64,000 nt of DNA, from contig JBBTSV010000009.1 of NCBI GenBank assembly GCA_038064595.1, positions 8,769 through 72,768 on the forward strand, given 5' to 3'. Positions within the stretch are counted from its first letter, which is position 1; the number at the start of each line of letters is the position of its first letter. A program made the translations under genes and the position numbers. Source of the stretch: Patescibacteria group bacterium. GTDB lineage: Bacteria; Patescibacteriota; Minisyncoccia; Phycocordibacterales; Phycocordibacteraceae. Below, piece by piece: positions 55,491-64,000 of this stretch. Under the pieces are notes generated by a model. The model was not told the origin of the DNA. It saw only the letters and a list, made by a program, of their open reading frames with translations, and ran no database searches.

Positions 55491-58004
55491 ATGGCCGCGC
55501 GATTTATTCATCTCCATACTCACAGCCACTACTCCTTCCTCCAGGCGCTGCCAAAAATTGATGAGCTCGTGGAGAAGGCGGTCGCAGAGGGGATGGACGC
55601 CCTCGCACTCACCGACGCTGGCAACATGCACGGCGCGATTGATTTCTACAAGGCCGCCACCAAGGCCGGGATTAAACCGATCCTTGGCGTCGATGCGTAC
55701 CTCGCTCCCCGCTCGCGCCACGATCGCGACCCACAGGTGGACAGCAAACGCTCGCGCATCGTGCTCCTTGCAGAAAATAATACGGGCTACACCAATCTCC
55801 TCGCGCTCGTGACACAATCGTGGACGGAGGGGTTCTATGAGCGCCCGCGCCTCGATAAAGAGCTCTTACGCGCGCATGCCACAGGCGTGATCGCGGTGAT
55901 CCCCTCATTTGCAGGCGATGTCGCCCAACACCTGCGCGCCGGCGACCCTGCCGGCGCGGCCGCTGCCATCGCAGAATATAAAACTATATTTGGTGTGGAG
56001 AATCTCTTTCTTGAGATCACGCACCACCCCAAGGTCGCTGGACACGAGGTACTGATGAAAAAAATAGTCGCGCTCGCGAGAGAAACGAAAACCCCGCTCC
56101 TCGCCCAGCACGATGTCTACTACCTCTCTCCCGACGATCGCGCGGCGACCGAGATCATGCGTCGTATCCAGCACGGCGAGCGCGGGAGAAATGAAGATGA
56201 AGACTTCTCCTTTATTAGTGACGCAACAGCGCGTTCTTTTTTCAAAGACCTCCCCGACGCGATCGAGAACTCTGGAAGAATCGCCGACCGCTGCAGCCTC
56301 TCTTTTGAGCTCGGCAAGTGGACCTTTCCTGCAGTACCCGTCTCACCCGGATTTGCCGACCATAATGAAGAGCTACGCGCCAAAGCATTTGCCGGGATCA
56401 GAGCACGCAGCCTTGAGGAGACGAAGGAGGTCGTCGACCGCATCGAGTACGAGTTGAAAATTATTATCGACAAAGGGTTCGCGGTGTACTACCTGATCGT
56501 CGCCGACCTCCTCGGCTTTGCGCGCCGCTCCGGTATTCTCACTACCACGCGAGGCTCCGCCGCAGGGAGCCTTGTCGCCTATCTCATTGGTGTGACCAAC
56601 GTGAACCCGCTTTTCTATAAACTCCCTTTTGAACGCTTCCTCAACCCCGAGCGCCCCAAGGCGCCAGACATCGACATGGACATAGCCGACAATCGTCGTG
56701 ACGAGATGATCGCCTATACCAAGCAGAAGTACGGCGAGGATCACGTCGCTCAGATCGGCACCTTCGGCACTATGATGGCGCGTGCCGCGGTGCGCGATGT
56801 CTCACGGGCGCTCGGTCACGCGTACGCGACCGGTGACCGGATCGCTAAACTCATCCCGATGGGCTCACAGGGATTCCCGATGACCATTGATCACGCTCTC
56901 GATCTTGAACCAGATTTGAAAGTGCTCTACGACGAAGACGACGACGCGCACGAGATTCTTGACCTCGCGAAACGTATTGAGGGGTGTGTACGTCACGTCG
57001 GCGTCCATGCGGCCGGTGTGGTGGTCGCCCCGACCCCTCTCATTAATTGGACACCCATCCAGCCCGACCCAAAGGGCACCGGCAAGCTCATCACTCAGTA
57101 CGACATGTACTCGATCACCGACGAGTATGGCGGGGTCGGACTGCTCAAATTCGACTTCCTCGGGATTAAGAACTTGGCGATTCTCGCCGACGCTGTCTTG
57201 CGGGTGAAAGAGACTCGCGGGATCGATGTTGATATCGAAAATGTCCCCATCGACGACACCAAGACGTATGAAATGCTGGCGCGCGGCGAGACTGAGGGCA
57301 CGTTTCAGTTAAACGGCTCAGGTATGACGCGCTGGCTTAAAGAGCTTCGCCCTTCGACTATCCACGACATCAACGCCATGGTTGCGCTCTACCGACCCGG
57401 ACCGATGGAAACAATCCCTCAGTATATTGAGCGTAAACATAGCCCAAAACTCATCCGCTTCGTTGACCCACGGATGAAAGACTATCTTGATTTCTCGTAC
57501 GGCTTGCTCGTGTATCAAGATGACGTGCTCCTTACCGCGATCACTCTTGCGGGCTACTCCTGGCTTGAGGCCGACCAGCTCCGCAAAGCGATGGGCAAAA
57601 AAATTCCAAAAGTGATGCGGGCTGAAAAAGAGAAGCTCCTCAAGGGGTTTATAGAATATGGAAAGCTCACTCCTGAAAAAGCTGAGAAACTCTGGTCGCT
57701 CATCGAGCCCTTTGCTGCCTACGGCTTTAACAAGGCACACGCCGCAAGCTATGGTAAGGTCGCCTACCAGACCGCGTATATGAAGGCAAATTACCCTGTC
57801 GAATATCTCTGCGCACTTCTCACTGCCGAGTCGGGCGACACCGAACAGGTCGCTGTTTTTGTCGGGGAAGCGAAGCGTATGGGTATCTCCGTCCTCCCGC
57901 CAGACGTCAACGAGAGCGGGAGCGACTTCACGGTGGTGCAGCGTGACTTGGGGGTCGGACCCCCAAGTTGGGGGAGGCCATCCGTTTCGGTTTGTCTTCT
58001 ATAA
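55491..58004 (+). CDS. dnaE: DNA polymerase III alpha subunit, N-terminal 837 aa (PHP, palm and fingers); frame broken at a P1 palindrome
   Basis: PHP motif FIHLHTHSHYSFLQA; DnaE catalytic-region length. The ORF ends 37 nt after a P1 element and the downstream ORF continues the protein in another frame. Confidence 0.85.
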   Translation: MAARFIHLHTHSHYSFLQALPKIDELVEKAVAEGMDALALTDAGNMHGAIDFYKAATKAGIKPILGVDAYLAPRSRHDRDPQVDSKRSRIVLLAENNTGYTNLLALVTQSWTEGFYERPRLDKELLRAHATGVIAVIPSFAGDVAQHLRAGDPAGAAAAIAEYKTIFGVENLFLEITHHPKVAGHEVLMKKIVALARETKTPLLAQHDVYYLSPDDRAATEIMRRIQHGERGRNEDEDFSFISDATARSFFKDLPDAIENSGRIADRCSLSFELGKWTFPAVPVSPGFADHNEELRAKAFAGIRARSLEETKEVVDRIEYELKIIIDKGFAVYYLIVADLLGFARRSGILTTTRGSAAGSLVAYLIGVTNVNPLFYKLPFERFLNPERPKAPDIDMDIADNRRDEMIAYTKQKYGEDHVAQIGTFGTMMARAAVRDVSRALGHAYATGDRIAKLIPMGSQGFPMTIDHALDLEPDLKVLYDEDDDAHEILDLAKRIEGCVRHVGVHAAGVVVAPTPLINWTPIQPDPKGTGKLITQYDMYSITDEYGGVGLLKFDFLGIKNLAILADAVLRVKETRGIDVDIENVPIDDTKTYEMLARGETEGTFQLNGSGMTRWLKELRPSTIHDINAMVALYRPGPMETIPQYIERKHSPKLIRFVDPRMKDYLDFSYGLLVYQDDVLLTAITLAGYSWLEADQLRKAMGKKIPKVMRAEKEKLLKGFIEYGKLTPEKAEKLWSLIEPFAAYGFNKAHAASYGKVAYQTAYMKANYPVEYLCALLTAESGDTEQVAVFVGEAKRMGISVLPPDVNESGSDFTVVQRDLGVGPPSWGRPSVSVCLL
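57947..57967. repeat. P1 palindromic element copy d inside dnaE (net 20-nt insertion flanked by direct TTGGGGG repeats)
   Basis: gacTTGGGGGtcggacccccaagTTGGGGGaggcc. Confidence 0.9.
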
Positions 58005-58699
58005 AAAATTTCGGCGAGGGGATCTCGGAAGCGATTATCGCCGAGCGTAAAGCGCACGGCTCCTACGCCTCGCTCTCCGACTTTCTCGCGCGTGTGGGCT
58101 CCAAAAATTTAAATCGTAAATCGCTCGAATCACTGATTAGGTGTGGTGCGCTCGACTCTCTCACCACCGCCACCCACAAACGCGGAACGCTTCTTGAGAA
58201 CATTGAGACCTTGCTTTCCTTCCATCGCGAGGCGACTGCGATCGCTCCTCAAGATTCGCTCTTCGGCACACTCATGGCACCACCACCACTCACGCTCCCC
58301 GAGGGTGCTGCGACGTCACTCACCGACAAACTTATGTGGGAGAAGGAACTCCTCGGGATCTACGTGAGCGGGCATCCGCTCGACGCACACGCGGCTCTCA
58401 CCCAGAAAGCAGTCCTCTCTATAGCAAAGATTAAAGAAGAAATGCAGCCGGGACTCCTCCTGATTCTCCCGGTCCTCCTCACCACCGTGCGCAGTATCCT
58501 CACCAAGAGCGGAGAGAAGATGGTCTTTCTCACGGTTGAAGATAAGAGTGGGTCCATTGAGGCGGTCGTCTTCCCGAGGCTCCTGAAGGAACATGCGCGC
58601 ATTCTCACCCCGGGCGCGTGCCTCCTGATTAAAGGCAAGGTCTCGGTGCGCAACGGCGAGCCCTCGCTCGCTATCGAGGAGCTGAAGCTGCTTTCCTAG
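57968..58699 (+). CDS. dnaE: DNA polymerase III alpha subunit, C-terminal part (HhH, OB region), in a different frame from the N-terminal part
   Basis: Begins LGEAIRFGLSSIKNFGEGISEAII, the conserved DnaE IRFGL.AIK.(V/F)G segment that normally follows ...DFTVV... Confidence 0.8.
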   Translation: MGEAIRFGLSSIKNFGEGISEAIIAERKAHGSYASLSDFLARVGSKNLNRKSLESLIRCGALDSLTTATHKRGTLLENIETLLSFHREATAIAPQDSLFGTLMAPPPLTLPEGAATSLTDKLMWEKELLGIYVSGHPLDAHAALTQKAVLSIAKIKEEMQPGLLLILPVLLTTVRSILTKSGEKMVFLTVEDKSGSIEAVVFPRLLKEHARILTPGACLLIKGKVSVRNGEPSLAIEELKLLS

Positions 58700-58718
58700 T
58701 GTGGTATATTCTCGATAT

Positions 58719-59960
58719 ATGGATACCCCTGCCCCCAAAGAGAATGATCACAAAAAGCTCGGCCGCGAGCTCGACCTCTTCGCCTTCTCTGACGCGGTGG
58801 GCAAAGGACTCCCCCTCTTCACCCCCAAAGGTTCGGTGATCCGCCGTGAACTCGAGCGCTTTATCGTTGACGAAGAGATCCGCCGCGGTTACCTACATGT
58901 TTACACCCCTGATATTGCCAAGATCGATTTGTATAAAAAGAGTGGACACTACCCACACTACAAGGACTCTATGTATGCACCGATAGAGATCGACGACGAA
59001 CAATTCATGCTTCGCCCGATGACCTGCCCGCATCACTTTGAACTCTACCTTCGTAAACCAGTGAGCTACCGAGAGTTGCCGATGCGCATCGCCGAGCTCG
59101 CCCAACTCTATCGCTATGAACAGTCCGGTGAGCTTATGGGGCTCCAGAGAGTCCGCACCTTCTGCCTCGCTGATGCTCACATCATATGTGCAAACGACGA
59201 GCAGGCCGTGCAAGAAGTGGCCGGAGCGCTCGACCTCATCGAATACGTCGCCAGTGTGTTTGGTCTCGCCTACGGTACTGATTATCGTTATCGACTCTCA
59301 CTCGGGGATCGTACGAATACAGAAAAATATGTAAAAAATGACGCGGCGTGGGAAAAGAGTGAAGATCTTCTGCGTAAACTTCTCGTGCAACGTGGCAAAG
59401 ATTTTATCGAAGCAAAAGATGAGGCAGCGTTCTATGGTCCAAAGATTGATATCCAAATGAAGAATGTGAACGGCAAAGAGGATACTGCCTTCACAGTCCA
59501 ATATGACTTTCATTTCCCTGTTCAATTTGATCTCACCTATATGGGTGAAGATGGCGAGAAACACCGCGCCGTCGTCGTTCACCGTTCTTCAATTGGTGCT
59601 ATCGAACGTATCATGGCCTTCTTGATTGAGAAATATGCCGGTGCCTTCCCGCTCTGGCTCTCGCCGGTGCAGGTGAAGGTCCTCTCCATATCTGAAAAGC
59701 ATGCGGCGTATGCAAGGCAGGTGGTGGACGCGCTTAAGGGCGCGCGTATCCGCGCAGAACTCGACAACTCGAACGAGTCACTCGGAAAGAAGATCCGCAG
59801 CGGCAAAGAGGAGAAAGTTCCCTACCTCCTCGTCGTGGGCGATAAAGAAGCGGATACTCAAACAGTGTCCGTCGAAAGTCGTGACCACGGCAAGCTCGAG
59901 AGCTCTGCGATCGCCGCCTTCATCGCACGCGCGTCTGAAGAGATTACGCGCCGAGCGTAA
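58719..59960 (+). CDS. thrS: Threonine--tRNA ligase, short form (catalytic plus anticodon-binding domains only)
   Basis: Class II motifs (FMLRPMTCPHHFELY, RVRTFCLADAHIIC, GAIERIMAFLIEKY). Lacks the N-terminal TGS/editing domains. Confidence 0.85.
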   Translation: MDTPAPKENDHKKLGRELDLFAFSDAVGKGLPLFTPKGSVIRRELERFIVDEEIRRGYLHVYTPDIAKIDLYKKSGHYPHYKDSMYAPIEIDDEQFMLRPMTCPHHFELYLRKPVSYRELPMRIAELAQLYRYEQSGELMGLQRVRTFCLADAHIICANDEQAVQEVAGALDLIEYVASVFGLAYGTDYRYRLSLGDRTNTEKYVKNDAAWEKSEDLLRKLLVQRGKDFIEAKDEAAFYGPKIDIQMKNVNGKEDTAFTVQYDFHFPVQFDLTYMGEDGEKHRAVVVHRSSIGAIERIMAFLIEKYAGAFPLWLSPVQVKVLSISEKHAAYARQVVDALKGARIRAELDNSNESLGKKIRSGKEEKVPYLLVVGDKEADTQTVSVESRDHGKLESSAIAAFIARASEEITRRA

Positions 59961-59967
59961 AAAATGA

Positions 59968-59995
59968 TGGACATGATGGACACGTAGTGTCCATC
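59968..59995. terminator. Hairpin terminator between convergent genes (GATGGACAC-gta-GTGTCCATC); core resembles the REP palindrome
   Basis: 9-bp perfect stem; the adjacent AAAAGTTAGG resembles the REP flank. Confidence 0.5.
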
Positions 59996-60000
59996 AAAAG

Positions 60001-63000
60001 TTAGGCTCCGAGGACGGCGAGGGCGCGGGCGAGGGCGAGCTTCGCACCGGTCACGCCCGTTGAATAACTTGAGTCAATCGCATTACTCAAAGAAGAGATA
60101 AGCTTCTCCAGGGTCGGAGTGTCGAGGCGAGCTGTGAGCCGCGCAATGTCGGGCGCACAGGGCGTGCCGTCAACACGCGCGCGGTACGCGTCATCGAGGA
60201 GACATGCGGTGGCCGAGAGAAGCTCTTCTGCAGCTCCTCCTCCCCGTACTTCTTGACGCAGCCCCGCGAAGACCGCCGTGCGATCACCCTCAATAAGCGC
60301 AGCGACAAAGCCGCGCACTGATGCCGGGGCCGCACTCTCTGGTACCAACGCTACTGCTGGGGTCTCCGCAACAACCGGCTCTACGTTCTCGTAGATCGGC
60401 TCTACATTTTCATATATTGGCTCAACATTCTGGTGTTCCTTCGCCGCCGCCGCGCTCGCATGACGACGAGAGAGACCTTTCACAATATCGTCGATCGAAA
60501 GCGATCCTCCTTCAGCAAACGACTTAAAGCCGTCATAGGTCGAGTAGGTACGAGGTGCGTCTGACGCGGGTGGAGGTGTGTGTTGAGGTTGAGGCGTTGG
60601 AGCCGGCGAAGCAGAGGCGGCAAGAGCCACGGTAGGAGCTGACTCAGATGAATTAAGAACGGTGTGAATCCGAGCACCAAACATGCGGAATTGGCGATTC
60701 GTAAAGGGTACTGCCCGGAAGAGAATAAGATAGGCAACCGCAAGCGCCCACATGATAAGCGCTAGCCAATAGAGCGTCGTTCCGAGGGGTCCGAGAGAGA
60801 GACCAGTCTGTGGAATCTGCGCGAGGTAGAGGTACGCAAGCGACTGTGCTTGTGGAAATACTGCAAGACTCACTGTGGGTGGCGGCGCACTGCCACCGCC
60901 ACCGCCACTAGGCGGCGGTTGCCCACAGTTTCCGCTACAACCACCGCCGCCACCCGACGAGTCAACAATGAGTGCTGTCGAACAGGTGACGGTTTGCCCG
61001 TTCGTCCCTGTGAACGTGCCCACATAGGTGTACGTCTGTGCGTTGGTCGGCGAAACTCTTGTCGAACTCGGGATAGTGGTGGTCGCGCCGATACCGTTAT
61101 CTATCGTTACACTTTGGACATTAGTGCCGCCCCACGAAAGGGTCGCGCTGCCACCGGTCGTATAGCGCGTTGGCGAGAGGCTCATCGTACAGGTCGGCGC
61201 GGGCGGAGTGGTCGTCACCGTGACAGTTGCCGAGCATACTGCTGATGCACCCGAGGCGCCGGTTACCGTACCGGTATACGTTGTCGTTGTAGTCGGAGTG
61301 GTCGATGTCGCACCTGACACTATCGAGGTCACTGCACCGATCCCTTGGTTAATCGAGAAGGCAGTAGCGTTGCTGGTATTCCACGAAAGAGTCGAGGTTG
61401 CACCCTGCTGAATTGCGGCCGGGGTCGCCGTGAGGGTACAGGTCGGTGCCGGAGGAGTAACTGAGACCGTCACCGTATCCGCACACGTCACAGTACCGCC
61501 CGGACCCGTTGCGGTGCCGCTATAGATGGTGGTCGCGGTTGGTGTGACCGAGCGAGAACCGCCCGCAAGAGGAGTCACTGATCCCACACCACGATCGATA
61601 GTGAATGAGGTGGTGTTGGTGGTGGTCCACGCGAGACTGGAGGCAGTGCCTTCGACAATCGTCTTGGGAGACGCGGTGAGGGTGCAGGTGGGGGCGGGGT
61701 GGTCAGTAACGGCCACGGTGTCAGCACAGGTATTGGTCAACCCATTTGCTCCGGTCACGGTGCCGGTGTACGTGGTCGTCACGCTCGGTGAGACCGAGCG
61801 GGAACCGCCAACAACGGGGGTCACAGAACCAATCCCCTGGCTGAGGGAGATGGATGTCGCATTGGTCGTCGTCCATGCAAGTGAAGAAGCTGCGCCGTTG
61901 AGTATGGATGCGGGAGACGCCGTGAGGGTACAGCTCGGGACCGGCACTGCCGTCACCGTCACGGTGGCGGTACATGGTGTGGAACCTCCCGGACCCGTTG
62001 CGGTGCCGCTATAGATGGTCGTCGTTGAGGGTGAGACCGAACGAGAGCCGGCAGCGACTGGCGTCACCGAACCAACGGCGTGATCAATGACAAATGAGGT
62101 GGCGTTGGTGGTAGTCCACTCAAGTGAAGATGCCGAACCGGTTTGAATGATGGAGGGAGATGCGGTGAGGGTGCAGGTGGGTGCGGGAGGGGGTGTCACC
62201 GTGATCGTTCTGCTGCAGGTATCTGAACCGCCTGCGCCCGTCACGGTGCCGGTGTACGTGGTCGTCACGCTCGGTGAGACCGAGCGAGAACCACCAATAA
62301 CGGGTGTCACGGAGCCAATCCCCTGATTGAGGGAGATGGATGTCGCATTTGCCGTGTCCCAGGAGAGGGTGGTTGAGGATCCGGCTTCAATGGAGAGCGC
62401 TGATGCAGTGAGTACGCACGTGGGAGGAGGAGGTGGAGGAAGTGGCGTCACCGTCACCGTATCCGCACACGTCACAGTACCGCCCGGACCCGTTGCGGTG
62501 CCGCTATAGATGGTGGTCGCGGTTGGTGTGACCGAGCGAGAACCGCCCGCAAGAGGAGTCACTGATCCCACACCACGATCGATAGTGAATGAGGTGGTGT
62601 TGGTGGTGGTCCACGCGAGACTGGAGGCAGTGCCTTCGACAATCGTCTTGGGAGACGCGGTGAGGGTGCAGGTGGGGGCGGGGTGGTCAGTAACGGCCAC
62701 GGTGTCAGCACAGGTATTGGTCAACCCATTTGCTCCGGTCACGGTGCCGGTGTACGTGGTCGTCACGCTCGGTGAGACCGAGCGGGAACCGCCAACAACG
62801 GGGGTCACAGAACCAATCCCCTGGCTGAGGGAGATGGATGTCGCATTGGTCGTCGTCCATGCAAGTGAAGAAGCTGCGCCGTTGAGTATGGATGCGGGAG
62901 ACGCCGTGAGGGTACAGCTCGGGACCGGCACTGCCGTCACCGTCACGGTGGCGGTACATGGTGTGGAACCTCCCGGACCCGTTGCGGTGCCGCTATAGAT

Positions 63001-64000
63001 GGTCGTCGTTGAGGGTGAGACCGAACGAGAGCCGGCAGCGACTGGCGTCACCGAACCAACGGCGTGATCAATGACAAATGAGGTGGCGTTGGTGGTAGTC
63101 CACTCAAGTGAAGATGCCGAACCGGTTTGAATGATGGAGGGAGATGCGGTGAGGGTGCAGGTGGGTGCGGGAGGGGGTGTCACCGTGATCGTTCTGCTGC
63201 AGGTATCTGAACCGCCTGCGCCCGTCACGGTGCCGGTGTACGTGGTCGTCACGCTCGGTGAGACCGAGCGAGAACCACCAATAACGGGTGTCACGGAGCC
63301 AATCCCCTGATTGAGGGAGATGGATGTCGCATTTGCCGTGTCCCAGGAGAGGGTGGTTGAGGATCCGGCTTCAATGGAGAGCGCTGAGGCGTTCAGCACA
63401 CAGGTGGGTGCGGGAGCGGGCGGAGGCGGGGCCGTCACGGTGATCGTTGCGACGCAAGAATTTGAACCGAAAGCGCCGACCGCGGTACCCGTGTAGGTGG
63501 TCGTAACGGTGGGCGAAACCGTTTGTGAACCGGATCCCGTGAGAAAGAGACCGACTATTTTATCGATAAAGAAGAGGGTGGAGTTGGTCGTCGTCCACGA
63601 GAGCACAGCGCTCGATCCCTCCTCTATGGTCGTAGGAGATGCGGTAAACGTACAGGACGGATCCGGAGAAGGAAACGCGCACCCGCCAAGGTAGGTAACG
63701 TCCCAGGTGCAGCTGTTGCGCGTCCATGACGCCATACCAACGGTAGCGCCAGCAGGGATACCGTACTGACCAGCCCAGTCGGCGCAGGCGACTGGATCTT
63801 GTGGAATCTCGTTTGGTACGCACGCCGGAGGTGGCTCGGTGCAGCCGCCCGTGTACGTTACGTCCCAGGTGCAGCTATTGCGCGTCCAAGAAGCCATGCC
63901 GACCGTGGCGTTCGCTGGGATACCGTACTGACCAGCCCAGTCGGAACACGCAACTGGCTCTTGTGTGATTTCAGTTGGTACGCACGCCGGAGGTGGCTCG
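60001..64000 (-). CDS. Giant cell-surface protein with tandem Ig-like repeats, 5'-partial (over 1330 aa in window)
   Basis: At least 12 repeats of about 95 aa (TCTLTASP..I..G.SS.L.WTTTNATS..I..G.GSVTP..GGSRSVSP..TTTY.GT.TG.GG...C..T.TVT). Three N-terminal MASWTRNSCTWDVTY modules. Gly-rich linker, one transmembrane helix (LGPLGTTLYWLALIMWALAVAYLILF), and a roughly 340-aa cytoplasmic tail containing an NVEPIYE x3 repeat. The ORF is open at the window end. Confidence 0.85.
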   Translation of the reverse strand, partial: EPPPACVPTEITQEPVACSDWAGQYGIPANATVGMASWTRNSCTWDVTYTGGCTEPPPACVPNEIPQDPVACADWAGQYGIPAGATVGMASWTRNSCTWDVTYLGGCAFPSPDPSCTFTASPTTIEEGSSAVLSWTTTNSTLFFIDKIVGLFLTGSGSQTVSPTVTTTYTGTAVGAFGSNSCVATITVTAPPPPAPAPTCVLNASALSIEAGSSTTLSWDTANATSISLNQGIGSVTPVIGGSRSVSPSVTTTYTGTVTGAGGSDTCSRTITVTPPPAPTCTLTASPSIIQTGSASSLEWTTTNATSFVIDHAVGSVTPVAAGSRSVSPSTTTIYSGTATGPGGSTPCTATVTVTAVPVPSCTLTASPASILNGAASSLAWTTTNATSISLSQGIGSVTPVVGGSRSVSPSVTTTYTGTVTGANGLTNTCADTVAVTDHPAPTCTLTASPKTIVEGTASSLAWTTTNTTSFTIDRGVGSVTPLAGGSRSVTPTATTIYSGTATGPGGTVTCADTVTVTPLPPPPPPTCVLTASALSIEAGSSTTLSWDTANATSISLNQGIGSVTPVIGGSRSVSPSVTTTYTGTVTGAGGSDTCSRTITVTPPPAPTCTLTASPSIIQTGSASSLEWTTTNATSFVIDHAVGSVTPVAAGSRSVSPSTTTIYSGTATGPGGSTPCTATVTVTAVPVPSCTLTASPASILNGAASSLAWTTTNATSISLSQGIGSVTPVVGGSRSVSPSVTTTYTGTVTGANGLTNTCADTVAVTDHPAPTCTLTASPKTIVEGTASSLAWTTTNTTSFTIDRGVGSVTPLAGGSRSVTPTATTIYSGTATGPGGTVTCADTVTVSVTPPAPTCTLTATPAAIQQGATSTLSWNTSNATAFSINQGIGAVTSIVSGATSTTPTTTTTYTGTVTGASGASAVCSATVTVTTTPPAPTCTMSLSPTRYTTGGSATLSWGGTNVQSVTIDNGIGATTTIPSSTRVSPTNAQTYTYVGTFTGTNGQTVTCSTALIVDSSGGGGGCSGNCGQPPPSGGGGGSAPPPTVSLAVFPQAQSLAYLYLAQIPQTGLSLGPLGTTLYWLALIMWALAVAYLILFRAVPFTNRQFRMFGARIHTVLNSSESAPTVALAASASPAPTPQPQHTPPPASDAPRTYSTYDGFKSFAEGGSLSIDDIVKGLSRRHASAAAAKEHQNVEPIYENVEPIYENVEPVVAETPAVALVPESAAPASVRGFVAALIEGDRTAVFAGLRQEVRGGGAAEELLSATACLLDDAYRARVDGTPCAPDIARLTARLDTPTLEKLISSLSNAIDSSYSTGVTGAKLALARALAVLGA
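61468..63435. repeat. Perfect tandem duplication (2 x 984 bp, identical over about 930 bp) inside the giant surface-protein gene
   Basis: 61468-62400 is identical to 62452-63384; the encoded 162-aa and 84-aa alternative-frame ORFs are also identical. Confidence 0.9.

Noticed and set aside
61468-63435. The long near-identical repeats could be mistaken for a CRISPR array or IS copies.
   Set aside because: They are in-frame coding repeats of a single long ORF with a 984-bp period and no short spacers, so this is a tandem duplication of Ig-like domains.

Overview
This window reads as a 64-kb, high-GC, tightly packed chromosomal segment with a Candidate Phyla Radiation (Patescibacteria)-like gene set, judged by eye against remembered protein families. 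Most genes are on the minus strand, and many start and stop codons overlap.

Core informational genes:
- rpoB and rpoC, dnaG and rpoD, dnaE, smc, rnc, rnr, rnhB, trmD, rpsP and a bL32 gene.
- A NusB-Nudix fusion gene.
- hisS, plus short AlaRS and ThrRS forms.
- miaA, mnmA, prmC, murE, mltG, asnB and ung.
- An MGMT-like gene and two PD-(D/E)XK nucleases.
- Two giant cell-surface proteins.

The most unusual feature is the set of short repeated DNA elements, several of which sit inside or at the ends of coding sequences:
- A 21-29 nt perfect palindrome, CTTGGGGGTC(C/G)GACCCCCAAG. It lies in frame in trmD, forms the 3' end of miaA, and sits in dnaE, where this copy adds 20 nt net and splits the reading frame.
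- A roughly 42-nt nested palindrome (CCCGACGC...GCGTCGGG) inserted in frame in four genes.
- A REP palindrome (TTAGGACAC-CCA/TGG-GTGTCCTAA) flanking an IS200-like REP-associated tyrosine transposase (RAYT) gene. This two-gene unit is inserted at the smc 3' end with a roughly 40-bp duplication of that end.
- A second REP copy supplies the last eight codons and the stop codon of the MGMT-like gene and overlaps the ung start codon.
- A roughly 120-bp promoter-containing module present twice.
- A roughly 45-nt operator-like element present upstream of two adjacent genes, a PaaX-like regulator and a PD-(D/E)XK nuclease.

Other points:
- A roughly 290-nt region with a consensus-like sigma-70 promoter and a perfect intrinsic terminator but no good ORF, which may be an ncRNA or a riboswitch-like leader.
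- A perfect roughly 930-bp tandem duplication inside the giant Ig-like repeat protein.
- I found no rRNA, tRNA or CRISPR array.

All coordinates of non-ORF features are approximate, to within about 2 nt.
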